64,000 nt of DNA from an uncultured Candidatus Saccharibacteria bacterium (GCA_964446735.1 CAYUQB010000001.1:263826-327825), one strand, 5' to 3'. Numbered from the stretch's first letter, positions 1 to 9,747 are shown. A program made the numbers and translations. The notes: generated by a model not told the origin, from the letters alone.

Positions 1-879
1 AAGGCGATCGAGAGCGCGTACGGAATCCCGGTTCCTGGTGCACGGACCGTTCCCTACTCTCGGGTGTTTGGCGTGTTCTTTAACACAGGAAAGCATAAGG
101 CACTTGAGGACATCGCCGTACGTAAGGCGCTCTCCTTTGCGATTGACCGCGAACGCCTGGTGCATGAGCTCCTCGGAGGGTACGCGACACCGGCCACCGG
201 CCCTGTACCTCCCGGAGGGGACATCGAGAGCCCCGAGTTTCCGGTGATTGACCGGATCGAGCGTGCTCGTGAGACGCTTACGGATGCGGGATGGACCTAT
301 GATGAGGAAGCTGGTACGTGGGAGAACACGAAAAAGAAGCTCACGCTTGAACCCATCACCCTTACGACGTCTAACGTCCCGGAGCTTAAGACGATCGCCA
401 GTGCCATTGAGGCGGATTGGGAAGCGCTTGGTGTGCAGAGCTCGCTTGAACTACACGACCCTTCCACGCTCACCGCATCCAGTATTCGTCCTCGCTCGTA
501 CCAGGCACTCTTCTTCGGGATGGTCATAGGACGCGATCAAGATCTGTTCCCGTTCTGGGACTCGTCACAAAAAAATGACCCAGGTCTTAATATCGCGCTC
601 TACACGAATAAGACTGTGGATGGGCTTCTCGCACGCGCCCGCCAGGAAAATGACCCCGATGCCCGTCGCGCAGCGCTCCAACGAGCAAGTGACGCGATCG
701 CTGCAGACTATCCTGCCGCGTTCACGCACGCTCCGGACTTCGTGTATGCGCTTCCCGAGAAGGTTGGCGGGGTGGTGTTCCCCCAGATTACGGCGCCTGC
801 TGACCGGTTCGCCACCGTTTCTTCCTGGCATGTGCGTAGCGAGTGGGTATGGCCGGTGTTTGCGGGGAGAAGTGAATAG
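1..879 (+). CDS. ABC transporter substrate-binding protein, peptide/OppA-like family 5 (5' truncated by window edge)
   Basis: Frame open from base 1; motifs VRKALSFAIDR, LTDAGW, LNIALYTNKTVDGLL typical of the SBP family 5 C-terminal half. Confidence 0.85.
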   Translation, partial: KAIESAYGIPVPGARTVPYSRVFGVFFNTGKHKALEDIAVRKALSFAIDRERLVHELLGGYATPATGPVPPGGDIESPEFPVIDRIERARETLTDAGWTYDEEAGTWENTKKKLTLEPITLTTSNVPELKTIASAIEADWEALGVQSSLELHDPSTLTASSIRPRSYQALFFGMVIGRDQDLFPFWDSSQKNDPGLNIALYTNKTVDGLLARARQENDPDARRAALQRASDAIAADYPAAFTHAPDFVYALPEKVGGVVFPQITAPADRFATVSSWHVRSEWVWPVFAGRSE

Positions 880-974
880 TCGCTAGCTCATAGTGTATCG
901 TAAGGGTAACTGCGATCTAGCAACTGCACGCTTCGTGCAACCGTTCGAAATTTATAAGTATCGAATATAGAAAT

Positions 975-2867
975 ATGAGTTCAGCACCAGCACCCGCTCC
1001 TGCTCCTCGAGGTGGAACACCCGCCGAGAAACCCAGTGGTCCTGCCCGTGGTCCGCGAGGCGCACGCGGTCCTGCCCGTGGCCCTCGCCCGGGTAAAGCA
1101 GCACGTAACATCCGCCGTCAGCTACGTCGCCCGATGGGCCCGTCCGGCGGCGCACCGGCAAAGAAGGCTGCAGACTACTTCCCTGAAAAGCCCGCTTCAA
1201 GCGTGGTACGCGTCGTTCCTTTGGGAGGCGTTGAGGAAGTGGGGCGCAACATGTTCACCGTAGAAACCAACAACGACATCTTCGTCTTTGACGTTGGGTT
1301 CCAATTTACCAGTGAGGACGGAAGTCCGGGCGTCGACTACATACTCCCGAACACGAAGTATCTCGAAAAGAATCAGGACCGCGTCCGTGCAGTATTTGTG
1401 ACTCACGGCCACCTTGACCACATTGGTGGTATTCCCTTCCTGATGAATCGATTCGGTAATCCTCCCATCTACACCCAGAACCTTTCTGCGGTCATGATCG
1501 CTAAGCGCCAGGAGGAATACCCAGATATGCCTAAGCCCAACCTCGTTGTAGTTGAGCCAGGCAGCACGCACACTATTGGTTCAACCAAGGTGCGCTTCTT
1601 CCCAGTTACTCATTCGATTCCTGACTCCATGGGTATCTCAGTTGAGACTCCGTACGGCAACGTCATTGTCACCGGCGACCTCAAGCTTGAGCATGAAAAT
1701 GGGATCGCAGTACCGGAAGAAGTGAAGAAATGGACCGCTATGGGAAAAGAAAAGAATCTTCTCTTCATCGCGGACTCAACGAATGCCGAGATCGAGGGCT
1801 TCTCTATTCCAGACAAGAAGGTCCACGAGACCCTCGAAGACATTATCAAGACCGTGAAGGGTCGTCTCATCATCGGTACCTTTGCCTCGCAATTCGAGCG
1901 TATGGTGAAGATCATCGAAATGTCCGAGCGCTACGGCAAGAAGATCGTCATGGAGGGCCGCTCCATTAAGACCAACCTCGAGATTGCCCAGAAGATTGGT
2001 CTGGTGAAGATTGATAAATCGACCATCATAAGTGCACAAGAGATCGGTGACTATCCTCCGGATAAGATTGTGGTCCTTGCGACCGGTGCCCAGGGCGAGG
2101 AATTTGCAGCGCTCATGCGTATCGCAACCAAGCAGCATAAGAACATCACGCTCACTGAGCGCGACACGATCGTGCTTTCCTCTTCTGTCATTCCGGGCAA
2201 CGAGCTCTCAGTGCAGAAACTGAAAGACAATCTCTACCACAACAAGGTGACGCTCATTCACTATCGCTCAAGCGACGTGCACTCGGGCGGCCACGGCCGT
2301 GCAGGAGAATTGGTCTGGATTAACCAGCAGGTGAATGCGAAGTTCTTCATGCCTGCCTATGGCTACTACTCCATGACGAGCTGCCATGCGAAAGCGGTCG
2401 AACAGGCGGGACGTGCTCGCGAGAGCATCATTCTCTCTGAAAACGGTATGGTCATCGACATCGTCGACGGCGAGAAGCTTGAAATACACAAGGAAAAGGT
2501 TCCGAACGCCCCGCTTATCGTTGACGGCTTCTCGATTGGCGATATGCAGGAGGTGGTCATACGCGACCGTCAGATGCTCGCCAAGGACGGAATGTTCGTC
2601 ATCATCGCGACCGTGAATCTAAAGACCGGTAAGCTTCGGAAGTCTCCGGACATCATCTCCCGTGGATTTATCTATCTCCGCGAAAGTCAGGACCTCCTGA
2701 ATCAGTCACGCCTTCTTATCAAGAAGACCGTGGAAGATACGACTAAGGGTATGAATCCAGTTGATCTCGACTACGTGAAGAATACCCTCTCTGACACCAT
2801 GGCGGGATATCTCTTCGCGCGCACCAACAAGGCGCCGATGGTGATACCGGTGTTGATTGGGGTATAA
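975..2867 (+). CDS. rnj: Ribonuclease J with Pro/Arg/Gly-rich N-terminal extension
   Basis: PLGGVEEVGRNM, THGHLDHIGG, VTHSIPD, TGDLK, DSTNA, TGAQGE, VHSGGH metallo-beta-lactamase/beta-CASP motifs. Confidence 0.95.
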   Translation: MSSAPAPAPAPRGGTPAEKPSGPARGPRGARGPARGPRPGKAARNIRRQLRRPMGPSGGAPAKKAADYFPEKPASSVVRVVPLGGVEEVGRNMFTVETNNDIFVFDVGFQFTSEDGSPGVDYILPNTKYLEKNQDRVRAVFVTHGHLDHIGGIPFLMNRFGNPPIYTQNLSAVMIAKRQEEYPDMPKPNLVVVEPGSTHTIGSTKVRFFPVTHSIPDSMGISVETPYGNVIVTGDLKLEHENGIAVPEEVKKWTAMGKEKNLLFIADSTNAEIEGFSIPDKKVHETLEDIIKTVKGRLIIGTFASQFERMVKIIEMSERYGKKIVMEGRSIKTNLEIAQKIGLVKIDKSTIISAQEIGDYPPDKIVVLATGAQGEEFAALMRIATKQHKNITLTERDTIVLSSSVIPGNELSVQKLKDNLYHNKVTLIHYRSSDVHSGGHGRAGELVWINQQVNAKFFMPAYGYYSMTSCHAKAVEQAGRARESIILSENGMVIDIVDGEKLEIHKEKVPNAPLIVDGFSIGDMQEVVIRDRQMLAKDGMFVIIATVNLKTGKLRKSPDIISRGFIYLRESQDLLNQSRLLIKKTVEDTTKGMNPVDLDYVKNTLSDTMAGYLFARTNKAPMVIPVLIGV

Positions 2868-2875
2868 GGAAAACG

Positions 2876-2915
2876 AAACGAACGGCCGCCGCGGTACACG
2901 CGGCGGCTTTCGTTT
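2876..2915. terminator. Bidirectional intrinsic terminator
   Basis: GCCGCCGCG-gtaca-CGCGGCGGC stem with AAACGAA/TTCGTTT flanks between convergent genes. Confidence 0.8.
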
Positions 2916-2929
2916 GGACGACCTCCGAA

Positions 2930-3190
2930 TCAGTGGGCGATGTGTCTGGCGAGCGCTTCCAGAAAACGCTCTCCTTTCGACCCGTTCAGCATGCCAGGGA
3001 CCTCGATGGTGATGCCCGCAGCGCCATGCCCCAAGATCTTCACTCCCTGGCCGTGGGGCCAGAGCGCATGGTGGACATGCTGGATTACTTGGTCACTCGG
3101 AAAGGGGCCGCCCGCCTGTTCCCAGGTCAGGGAGTACAGGCTACCGCCGTTAGTTCCGGGCGCGATACATTCAAGCTTGAGTTTGGCCAT
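2930..3190 (-). CDS. Hypothetical protein (86 aa), SD-led solo gene
   Basis: GGAGG 5 nt before ATG (MAKLKL...), TATAGT upstream, ends at the shared terminator. Confidence 0.6.
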   Translation of the reverse strand: MAKLKLECIAPGTNGGSLYSLTWEQAGGPFPSDQVIQHVHHALWPHGQGVKILGHGAAGITIEVPGMLNGSKGERFLEALARHIAH

Positions 3191-3289
3191 TGGCACCTCC
3201 CAAAGCTACTCCTTCCAAAAGTTAAGCACGACTATATTGGTTGCGCTACATTCATGTGCGCCGAGATCGAGTGCTACACTAATTTTCAA

Positions 3290-4444
3290 ATGAAGCCGCG
3301 TTCCATTCTCACGCTCGGCAATTTCTTTGCGTCTGCGCATTTCTATCTCATTGTCTACATCATTACGCCGTACCTGGCGACGTTCATGCCAGACTCGGCA
3401 ACGGGACTTGTTGTCTCACTCGGTGCGGTCGTCACCCTTGCCGTATTTCCCTGGATGCCCCGACTCGTACGTACGTATGGCACCCGCCACTTAGCGATTT
3501 ACTTCGGTCTTGCACAGCTTTTGGTACTCGGGTTGCTTGCGGTTGAACCCGCACCCCTACCGGCACTTCTGTTGATCGCTATCGCCTGCGCGACTTCTCC
3601 ACTTATTAGCTATCAGATGGATCTACTGCTTGAGGCAACCATCGCTAAGGAAGAGGCGACCGGGCGAATCAGGACGCTCTTCCTCACTGCTGGCAATCTT
3701 GCCCTTATTGCGGCTCCCCTTGCGATAGGTTTGGTCATGGATTCAACGGACGCATACTGGCGGGTATTTGCGGTGGCGGCAGCCACACTCATTCCATTCG
3801 TGCTGCTTATGTCGATCCGCCCGCTTCCCCATGGGACAGGAACTACTATTGTGAGTTTTGCCGAAGCATTCCAGTGTCTCATGCGTAACGCAGACACCCG
3901 AGCAACGATTATTGCCCACTTCACGCTCCAGTTCTTCTACCATCTCGCACCCCTCTATCTCCCGCTCTATCTCCACACGGTACTTGGTATTCCGTGGGAC
4001 CAGCTCGGCTGGATGTTCATGATCATGCTTCTACCGTTTGTTCTCCTTGAGTACCCGGCTGGGTGGCTTGCGGATCGTAAGTGGGGCGACCAGGAGATCA
4101 TGGTTATTGGATTTATTCTCACTGGCGTCTCATTTGCAGCACTCGCGTTTGTGAATGAGCACACGATGACGCTGGTTATCCTCATCATCCTTATCATGAC
4201 GCGTGTCGGAGCCGCTCTCATTGAAGCAATGTCAGAGGGTCACTTTTTCCGGCGGGTCTCAAAAAACGATGACGCCTCGGTGGGTATCTTCCGCATGACG
4301 CGCCCGATAGCTGCACTGATTGCACCTCTGCTCGGAAGTATCATCCTCGTCGTATCAGGATATGGCACGCTGTTTGTCGTTACCGGAGCATTGATTGGCG
4401 TCGTGGGCGTTAACGCCGCACTTAGAATTAAGGACGTTAAGTAG
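3290..4444 (+). CDS. MFS transporter
   Basis: About 12 hydrophobic segments, GWLADRKWG motif-A-like loop; start moved to ATG 3290 downstream of TACACT. Confidence 0.85.
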   Translation: MKPRSILTLGNFFASAHFYLIVYIITPYLATFMPDSATGLVVSLGAVVTLAVFPWMPRLVRTYGTRHLAIYFGLAQLLVLGLLAVEPAPLPALLLIAIACATSPLISYQMDLLLEATIAKEEATGRIRTLFLTAGNLALIAAPLAIGLVMDSTDAYWRVFAVAAATLIPFVLLMSIRPLPHGTGTTIVSFAEAFQCLMRNADTRATIIAHFTLQFFYHLAPLYLPLYLHTVLGIPWDQLGWMFMIMLLPFVLLEYPAGWLADRKWGDQEIMVIGFILTGVSFAALAFVNEHTMTLVILIILIMTRVGAALIEAMSEGHFFRRVSKNDDASVGIFRMTRPIAALIAPLLGSIILVVSGYGTLFVVTGALIGVVGVNAALRIKDVK

Positions 4445-5245
4445 CTACGGGAGCTGGTACCGGGTACCAGTGCGCGTAATCATTCCTTCTTGGAGTAGTT
4501 TTTGAAGTTGCGTAGTGAGCTGTATTGTTCGGTCGTCACCAAGGAGCCTCGTAAGTCGAGTCTTGGTTGTGTTTCCTTTTGCAAGTTCACGCAGGATTGC
4601 GCCACGTGCTTGCCGATCTGACCCGGAAAATGTTTTTTGTTTTGTATACCCCTTTGATTTCCCATTGAGTCGTACACCACTTCGTTTTAAATGTGCGCCA
4701 TAGTCCATGAGCGCTGCGTACCATTCCCTACTCTTTCCTTTTGGATGTACGTTCTCAAGAATCGCTAGTACTTCGCGATCGTGCACCGCGCGCTTCTTTG
4801 GAAAGAAGTGGTGAATTACTGCGCTGCGAATATTGGTTTCAATAAAGACTTCGTCTGCGTTATGCGCGAACGCCATGATTGCTCGAGCGGTATAGGGACC
4901 GATACCGGGAAGACGTTCAAGATCTGTGGCCGTTTTCGGAAATACTCCCGTACGTACAATTGCTCGTGCCGCTTCGTGCAGCATCTTCGCCCGTCGGTTA
5001 TACCCGAGTCCTTGCCAGACTTTAAGTACCTCACCTAATGGAGCATCGGCTAACTTTTTAACTGTCGGGAAGCGCTTCAGCCATATTTTGTAGTATGGCT
5101 TTACCCGCTCCACCTGCGTCTGCTGAAGCATCACTTCAGAAACAAGAATGCGATACGGGTCACGAGTCGTCCGCCACGGAAGATCGTGACGGCCATGGGT
5201 GCGGTAATGCTTCCAGACGATTCTTCTAAACTGCGCTGGCGTCAT
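4445..5245 (-). CDS. mutY: A/G-specific adenine glycosylase (MutY-like, HhH-GPD), cysteine-free
   Basis: DLPWR, PYRILVSEVMLQQTQV, WQGLGYNRRA, LPGIGPYTA. Confidence 0.88.
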   Translation of the reverse strand: MTPAQFRRIVWKHYRTHGRHDLPWRTTRDPYRILVSEVMLQQTQVERVKPYYKIWLKRFPTVKKLADAPLGEVLKVWQGLGYNRRAKMLHEAARAIVRTGVFPKTATDLERLPGIGPYTARAIMAFAHNADEVFIETNIRSAVIHHFFPKKRAVHDREVLAILENVHPKGKSREWYAALMDYGAHLKRSGVRLNGKSKGYTKQKTFSGSDRQARGAILRELAKGNTTKTRLTRLLGDDRTIQLTTQLQKLLQEGMITRTGTRYQLP

Positions 5246-5462
5246 CCGCTACCGGCTTTGAAGGAGTTATCTTTGGTTCCTCCGGAACGACAAACATGGC
5301 GATGATGTAGCCTACGATGCCGGGAACAAAGCCGGTGAAGACCGTTGCCATGAGGTAAATGAGGCGAATGAGTACGGGATCGACATCAAAGTATTCGCCG
5401 ACGCCGCCGCACACACCTTCGAGTACCTTATGGTCCCTGCTTCTATAGAGTCGTTTGGTCAT
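5226..5462 (-). CDS. pspC: PspC domain membrane protein
   Basis: KRLYRS..KVLEGVCGGVGEYFDVDPVLIRL; TATACT 6 nt before ATG. Confidence 0.88.
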   Translation of the reverse strand: MTKRLYRSRDHKVLEGVCGGVGEYFDVDPVLIRLIYLMATVFTGFVPGIVGYIIAMFVVPEEPKITPSKPVADDASAV

Positions 5463-5481
5463 GGAGGGAGTATACCAAATG

Positions 5482-5515
5482 AAAAATGAATCGCGCCCGG
5501 CGGGTTGCCGGGCGC
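5482..5515 (-). terminator. Intrinsic terminator of the 5521-5934 gene
   Basis: GCGCCCGGC-N5-GCCGGGCGC followed by a T-rich run on the minus strand. Confidence 0.7.
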
Positions 5516-5520
5516 TTGGT

Positions 5521-5934
5521 TCAACGCTTTCTGCGGGGCTTACGCCCACAGTTGCGCTTGTATTCGTTACTCCGATCGCGCATGAAATCGTCCGGATCGA
5601 AGGTGTGGGGACGAATCACGCACCAAACGGGGACCTTCCCCGTCGGGAGAGAGTCGAAACTGGACTCGTAGTCTTCACGATGCCAACGAAGCACACACGT
5701 ACGCGCTTCATGGTTTTTCGCACGCCAGCGCCCGAGGGCTGCCGCGCGCTCATGCGCGAGGCGTTCTTGCTCTTCCGCCTCGTGCTGCTCACGTGCACGG
5801 ATTTGCAAAATCGTCTGACGATACGAACGCACGTAGTACCTCGTGAGAGCGCAGTTCCCAGCAAGCCTCGCCTGCGCGAGTTCGCTCAAGATCTGCTTCG
5901 CTTCAGGAGGAACGGAGAGCGTCAAAGTCGTCAT
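5521..5934 (-). CDS. Hypothetical Arg-rich protein (137 aa), SD-led solo gene
   Basis: AAGGAG 7 nt before ATG (MTTLTL...), own promoter and terminator. Confidence 0.6.
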   Translation of the reverse strand: MTTLTLSVPPEAKQILSELAQARLAGNCALTRYYVRSYRQTILQIRAREQHEAEEQERLAHERAAALGRWRAKNHEARTCVLRWHREDYESSFDSLPTGKVPVWCVIRPHTFDPDDFMRDRSNEYKRNCGRKPRRKR

Positions 5935-6082
5935 AGTGATTCTCCTTCGTGTCTTTGGATAATGGGGTTGCGTGTAGCACCCCATGTTCCTCGACGAAGT
6001 CGAATCGTTCGATGAGATGCTTCTTATGAAAGCATCAGCGTCTTGTGGTCATGGCATTTCTCCAGGAACAGGGTTCAGAGGG

Positions 6083-6111
6083 ACTATGCCATGAAGAGCT
6101 CTTTAAGTCAA
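6083..6111 (-). promoter_or_regulatory. Sigma70-type promoter TTGACT-17-CATAGT with extended TG
   Basis: Minus strand ttgact taaagagctcttcatgg catagt; -35 overlaps the stop codon of the upstream HAD gene. Confidence 0.65.
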
Positions 6112-6800
6112 ATCTCGTAGATCACGTCTTTCCTTTCCACCACTATTTTCCAATCGTTCTTCTTGGCGTGCCGGTAGAGCAACCGATTGGGATTGAATGC
6201 AATGGGTGTTTCTACAAACGCAAGCATCCCAATATCATTCTCGGTATCTCCGACGCCGACTGCACCGGTAGCGGTAAGGCTGTGTTTCTCCATGGCGCGC
6301 TTTAGTATTGCCGCCTTATTCATGATCAGGTGCTCGTCCACAATCTCGCCCGTAAAGCGATTACTCGCTCCCGTGTCATAGAACGTACCGTATGACTTAT
6401 CAAACCCCAGTTCATAGGCGAAGCCATCGACAATAAATTTGGGTGAGTGCGAGATCGCAAGAAGGTAATGGCCTTGTTTCTTGAGATCAGCGAGTAAATC
6501 TCGTGTGTAGTGGTACACCCGGTCCCGCTTCGCTTCGATGATCTCACCGGCAACATCAGCGACGTCGCCATAGGGAATGCCTTTGGCGTACTTACCAAAC
6601 GCATGCACTACCTTTTCTATAAAAGGACCATACTCCCCTTTGCGATTGAGCCAGTCTTCGTGAGCATCTTTATAGGTAGTACGAGCTGCCGGAGGAAATA
6701 TCTCACGCCTCACCAATTCCTCAACTAACTCAATGAGTAGCGACGAACGGAATAGGGTCCCATCGATATCGAACACCCCCACTGGCCGGGCACGTTCCAT
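6108..6800 (-). CDS. HAD-IB family hydrolase (SerB-like phosphatase)
   Basis: FDIDGTL motif I, ISHS motif II, K, GDTEND motif IV. Confidence 0.88.
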   Translation of the reverse strand: MERARPVGVFDIDGTLFRSSLLIELVEELVRREIFPPAARTTYKDAHEDWLNRKGEYGPFIEKVVHAFGKYAKGIPYGDVADVAGEIIEAKRDRVYHYTRDLLADLKKQGHYLLAISHSPKFIVDGFAYELGFDKSYGTFYDTGASNRFTGEIVDEHLIMNKAAILKRAMEKHSLTATGAVGVGDTENDIGMLAFVETPIAFNPNRLLYRHAKKNDWKIVVERKDVIYEI

Positions 6801-6815
6801 ACCAGTAATGGTACC

Positions 6816-7418
6816 TTACCGACACCCTCTCCCCCACCGACACACCACGGTCTTCTTCGTAAAGAAAGCAATGGAGAAAATCACAATAGTTTCAAAGAGA
6901 AGGAAGACCGGATAGGCAAGATTCGCAATATCGTGTTTTTCGGTTGCGATGATACCAAGCGCTGACGCAATGATCATAAGAAACCACGCAAACTGGTCTT
7001 CTGTGTGCGGATACTTTCTCGTCTTTACAATAGTGGGGATGGCTCCAATACCGTCGGCAATAATCGGAAGGAGAATAGCAAGTTCAGGATGATCGGTGAA
7101 TATAAGAATGGCGATGGCGATTCCGCCCAAGACCAGCGCAACCGAATCGATCCAGGTATATTCCTTATACCCATACTTGGTGAGCGAGAGCAGGAAGATG
7201 ATACCGACACTAACGGTCGAACCAAGGAGAAGGTATACCGACCACGATGCTCCCGCTTTGAACTGTGCAATGAGCGCGATGGTTTGTAGGAGTGTCCAGA
7301 TGAAATAGGTGACGACGTTTGGCTTGGTGATGCCGCCAATGATGTTCCAGATATAGGGAATGCCGGTCGCAAACGCGAGCACACCTGCAATGATGCCGAT
7401 GAGTTGATAGTCGATCAT
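6816..7418 (-). CDS. Membrane protein (PQ-loop-like, about 7 TM)
   Basis: Hydrophobic repeats IPYIWNI..KPN and IPTIVK..P; ATGA overlap with the nth stop. Confidence 0.7.
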   Translation of the reverse strand: MIDYQLIGIIAGVLAFATGIPYIWNIIGGITKPNVVTYFIWTLLQTIALIAQFKAGASWSVYLLLGSTVSVGIIFLLSLTKYGYKEYTWIDSVALVLGGIAIAILIFTDHPELAILLPIIADGIGAIPTIVKTRKYPHTEDQFAWFLMIIASALGIIATEKHDIANLAYPVFLLFETIVIFSIAFFTKKTVVCRWGRGCR

Positions 7419-8098
7419 TTCGATTTCGGCCAACGGGTAGCTGCCTCTGGCCAGAGTTTCGTGAGCGGATGCTTGATGCAGTCGTGCGGCAGTGCGGGGC
7501 AGACGTAGCGACCGTAGAGGACAAGTCCGTTATTCACGTAGCGCCAGTCTGCTTTCGGTACCAACGCCTCGAGATCCTTTGATATTTTCGTGAGGTCAGT
7601 GTTGTCCGTAAGATCAAATCGAATCGCAAACCGCCGGACATGCGTATCGGTGGGTATCCCCTCCCAGATGTTATGGAGCTCGCCGAGGACGACATGTGCT
7701 GTCTTATACGCGACTCCCGGGAGCTTCACGAGTTCGCTTTCGGTCTTAGGTACCTTCCCGTTATAGTGAGCCCGCACATACTGCGCTGCCGCAATAATGT
7801 GTTTAGCTTTATTCTGATAGAACGTAATCGATGAAATCTCCCGGGTGAATGTTGCAAGGTTTGCGTCTGCGAAATCGTCCACTGTCCGGTACTTCTTCCA
7901 CAGGGTCTCGGTGAGACGATTCACCGCCTTATCCGTTGCTTGTGCCGAGAGAATAACGGATGCAACGAACTGGAACGAGGTTGTATACGTGAGTTCTGAC
8001 TTCGGGACCGGGTACTCTTTCTTGAGGTAGGCAACGATTTTCTTCATTCGTGCCGCACGTTCTTTGAACTTAGGATCGAGTATGGAGAGCTGTGCCAT
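7415..8098 (-). CDS. nth: Endonuclease III (HhH-GPD) with degenerate Fe-S motif
   Basis: VILSAQATD, LPGVAYKTA (catalytic K), PTDTHV (catalytic D). Confidence 0.9.
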   Translation of the reverse strand: MAQLSILDPKFKERAARMKKIVAYLKKEYPVPKSELTYTTSFQFVASVILSAQATDKAVNRLTETLWKKYRTVDDFADANLATFTREISSITFYQNKAKHIIAAAQYVRAHYNGKVPKTESELVKLPGVAYKTAHVVLGELHNIWEGIPTDTHVRRFAIRFDLTDNTDLTKISKDLEALVPKADWRYVNNGLVLYGRYVCPALPHDCIKHPLTKLWPEAATRWPKSK

Positions 8099-8100
8099 GA

Positions 8101-8571
8101 CTACCGGAGTGTCCGCAAATCGGTAAGTACTTCATCTGCATGCGCATCTGCTTTTACGTTCTCGTACACCTTCGCAATCTTCCCGTCAGGAGCAACGAGG
8201 AACGAGGTACGTTTAATGCCCTCATATTCGCGCCCCATGAACTTCTTTGGTCCCCAGACACCATAGGTGTTCACGATTGTCTTGTCTTCGTCCGCAAGAA
8301 GCGGAAACGCAAGACCGTACTTCTGCGCAAATTTCATATGACTCTTCACGCTGTCAGCAGAAACGCCTAGTACAACAGCATCGAGTTTCTTAAAGTCCGG
8401 GTCCGCATCCCGTATGGCACAGGCCTGTTTGGTACAGCCGGGTGTGTCGTCCTTGGGGTAGAAATAAATAAGCACCCATTTCCCACGATACGCAGACAAG
8501 GTGTGCTGCACTCCATCCTGATCCGGCAACGTGAAGTCAGGCGCAGGGGCGCCAGAGCGAGGCATCGCCAT
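8101..8571 (-). CDS. bcp: Thioredoxin-dependent peroxiredoxin (BCP/PrxQ)
   Basis: APDFTL, YFYPKDDTPGCTKQAC, RTSFLV. Confidence 0.92.
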   Translation of the reverse strand: MAMPRSGAPAPDFTLPDQDGVQHTLSAYRGKWVLIYFYPKDDTPGCTKQACAIRDADPDFKKLDAVVLGVSADSVKSHMKFAQKYGLAFPLLADEDKTIVNTYGVWGPKKFMGREYEGIKRTSFLVAPDGKIAKVYENVKADAHADEVLTDLRTLR

Positions 8572-8572
8572 A

Positions 8573-9730
8573 TTACTCAAGCGGTAGTTCGTCCGATCCG
8601 CGCCGAAACGCAGCAGTGTACCCCAGCGCTGCAATAGCACCGCCGGCCGCCATCATAAGCACGAACTTCACCAGTGGTCCGAGAACGGGAATGACCCCGA
8701 TCAGATAAAGCACCAGCATACCGAGCACTGCCTCCTTCCAGGTAACAACATGACGCCTCATGAGACGACTGCCGAGTGCGGCTCCCGCAAGAATGCCTGC
8801 GTATACGTACGCGAGTATGAGAAAGAGCGCGTAGGCGGCAAGGAGTATGAGTGCCACTCCGATACCAACGAATGACAGGAGAAGGATGAAGATGAGGACG
8901 GGCGCTGCGACAAAGATTCCAAACCCAAGGAGCGCGAGGAGAACGAAACTACCGGCAGATCTGCCGGTGAGCGTACGTTCCACCACTCGTTCGGTGAATA
9001 CGGGAAAGAGCCCGGCCATAAGTCCTGCAAGCACAAGTACTGCTGCCAGATGCACAATGAAGAGGATAGTGGCTCCAGCAACGGCAAAGGTATGTGCTTC
9101 TTCAGAGCTCGGAAGAAAGGCAGATGAACCGATATACGTTGCACCGCCGTCAATGGTTGCAGTCGAGGGAACGACGATTTCCTCGGGAGCGTTATAGCGG
9201 AGCGTGCCTCGCACCTGCGTTCCATCTGTAACCGTAATGTGGTCAGACGCCTCAACCGTCACATCACCGTTGAACGTACCCGCAAGCGTGATGTCGGAAC
9301 CGTACATCACTACCGGACCACCAGAACCAGTAAGACGAACGGTGCCCCCAGCGATGCGCGTATCAGTAGCGGTCGAGGAGGCAATAACCGTTCCTCCGGC
9401 AAGAATCAAATCACCGGCGACTGGCGCAAGCACACTCACTTCCCCGCCAAACGCACGCACATCACCTGCGACTGGCTTCTCGATACGAATGGTGCCACCA
9501 GCAAGCATGGCGTCGCCAGCGATCGGACCATTTGCAAAAATAGTCGCGCCTGCTGCGAGAAGATCTCCCGCAAGCGGAGCGACGACAGTAATGTCCGTAC
9601 CCGAGAGGTAGGCGTTGCCGGTAGAAACGTCAGAAAGCACCAGCGTGCGGCCCGTTTCAAGAGTAGAGGCGGACACCGCAAACGGGGCCAGGAGGAGGGC
9701 TATGCCGAGAGCGACGACGAGCCGGGACAT
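8573..9730 (-). CDS. Signal-peptide protein with bactofilin-like beta-helix repeats and C-terminal TM region
   Basis: Repeated (V/I)AGD..(A/G)GG units followed by 5-6 TM helices; TATCAT 6 nt before ATG. Confidence 0.75.
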   Translation of the reverse strand: MSRLVVALGIALLLAPFAVSASTLETGRTLVLSDVSTGNAYLSGTDITVVAPLAGDLLAAGATIFANGPIAGDAMLAGGTIRIEKPVAGDVRAFGGEVSVLAPVAGDLILAGGTVIASSTATDTRIAGGTVRLTGSGGPVVMYGSDITLAGTFNGDVTVEASDHITVTDGTQVRGTLRYNAPEEIVVPSTATIDGGATYIGSSAFLPSSEEAHTFAVAGATILFIVHLAAVLVLAGLMAGLFPVFTERVVERTLTGRSAGSFVLLALLGFGIFVAAPVLIFILLLSFVGIGVALILLAAYALFLILAYVYAGILAGAALGSRLMRRHVVTWKEAVLGMLVLYLIGVIPVLGPLVKFVLMMAAGGAIAALGYTAAFRRGSDELPLE

Positions 9731-9747
9731 GGCCCGATGATAGCACG

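Noticed and set aside
2933-3289. N-terminal extension of the MFS ORF in the track
   Set aside because: Overlaps an SD-led minus-strand gene; transporter-like sequence starts at ATG 3290 after a TACACT box.
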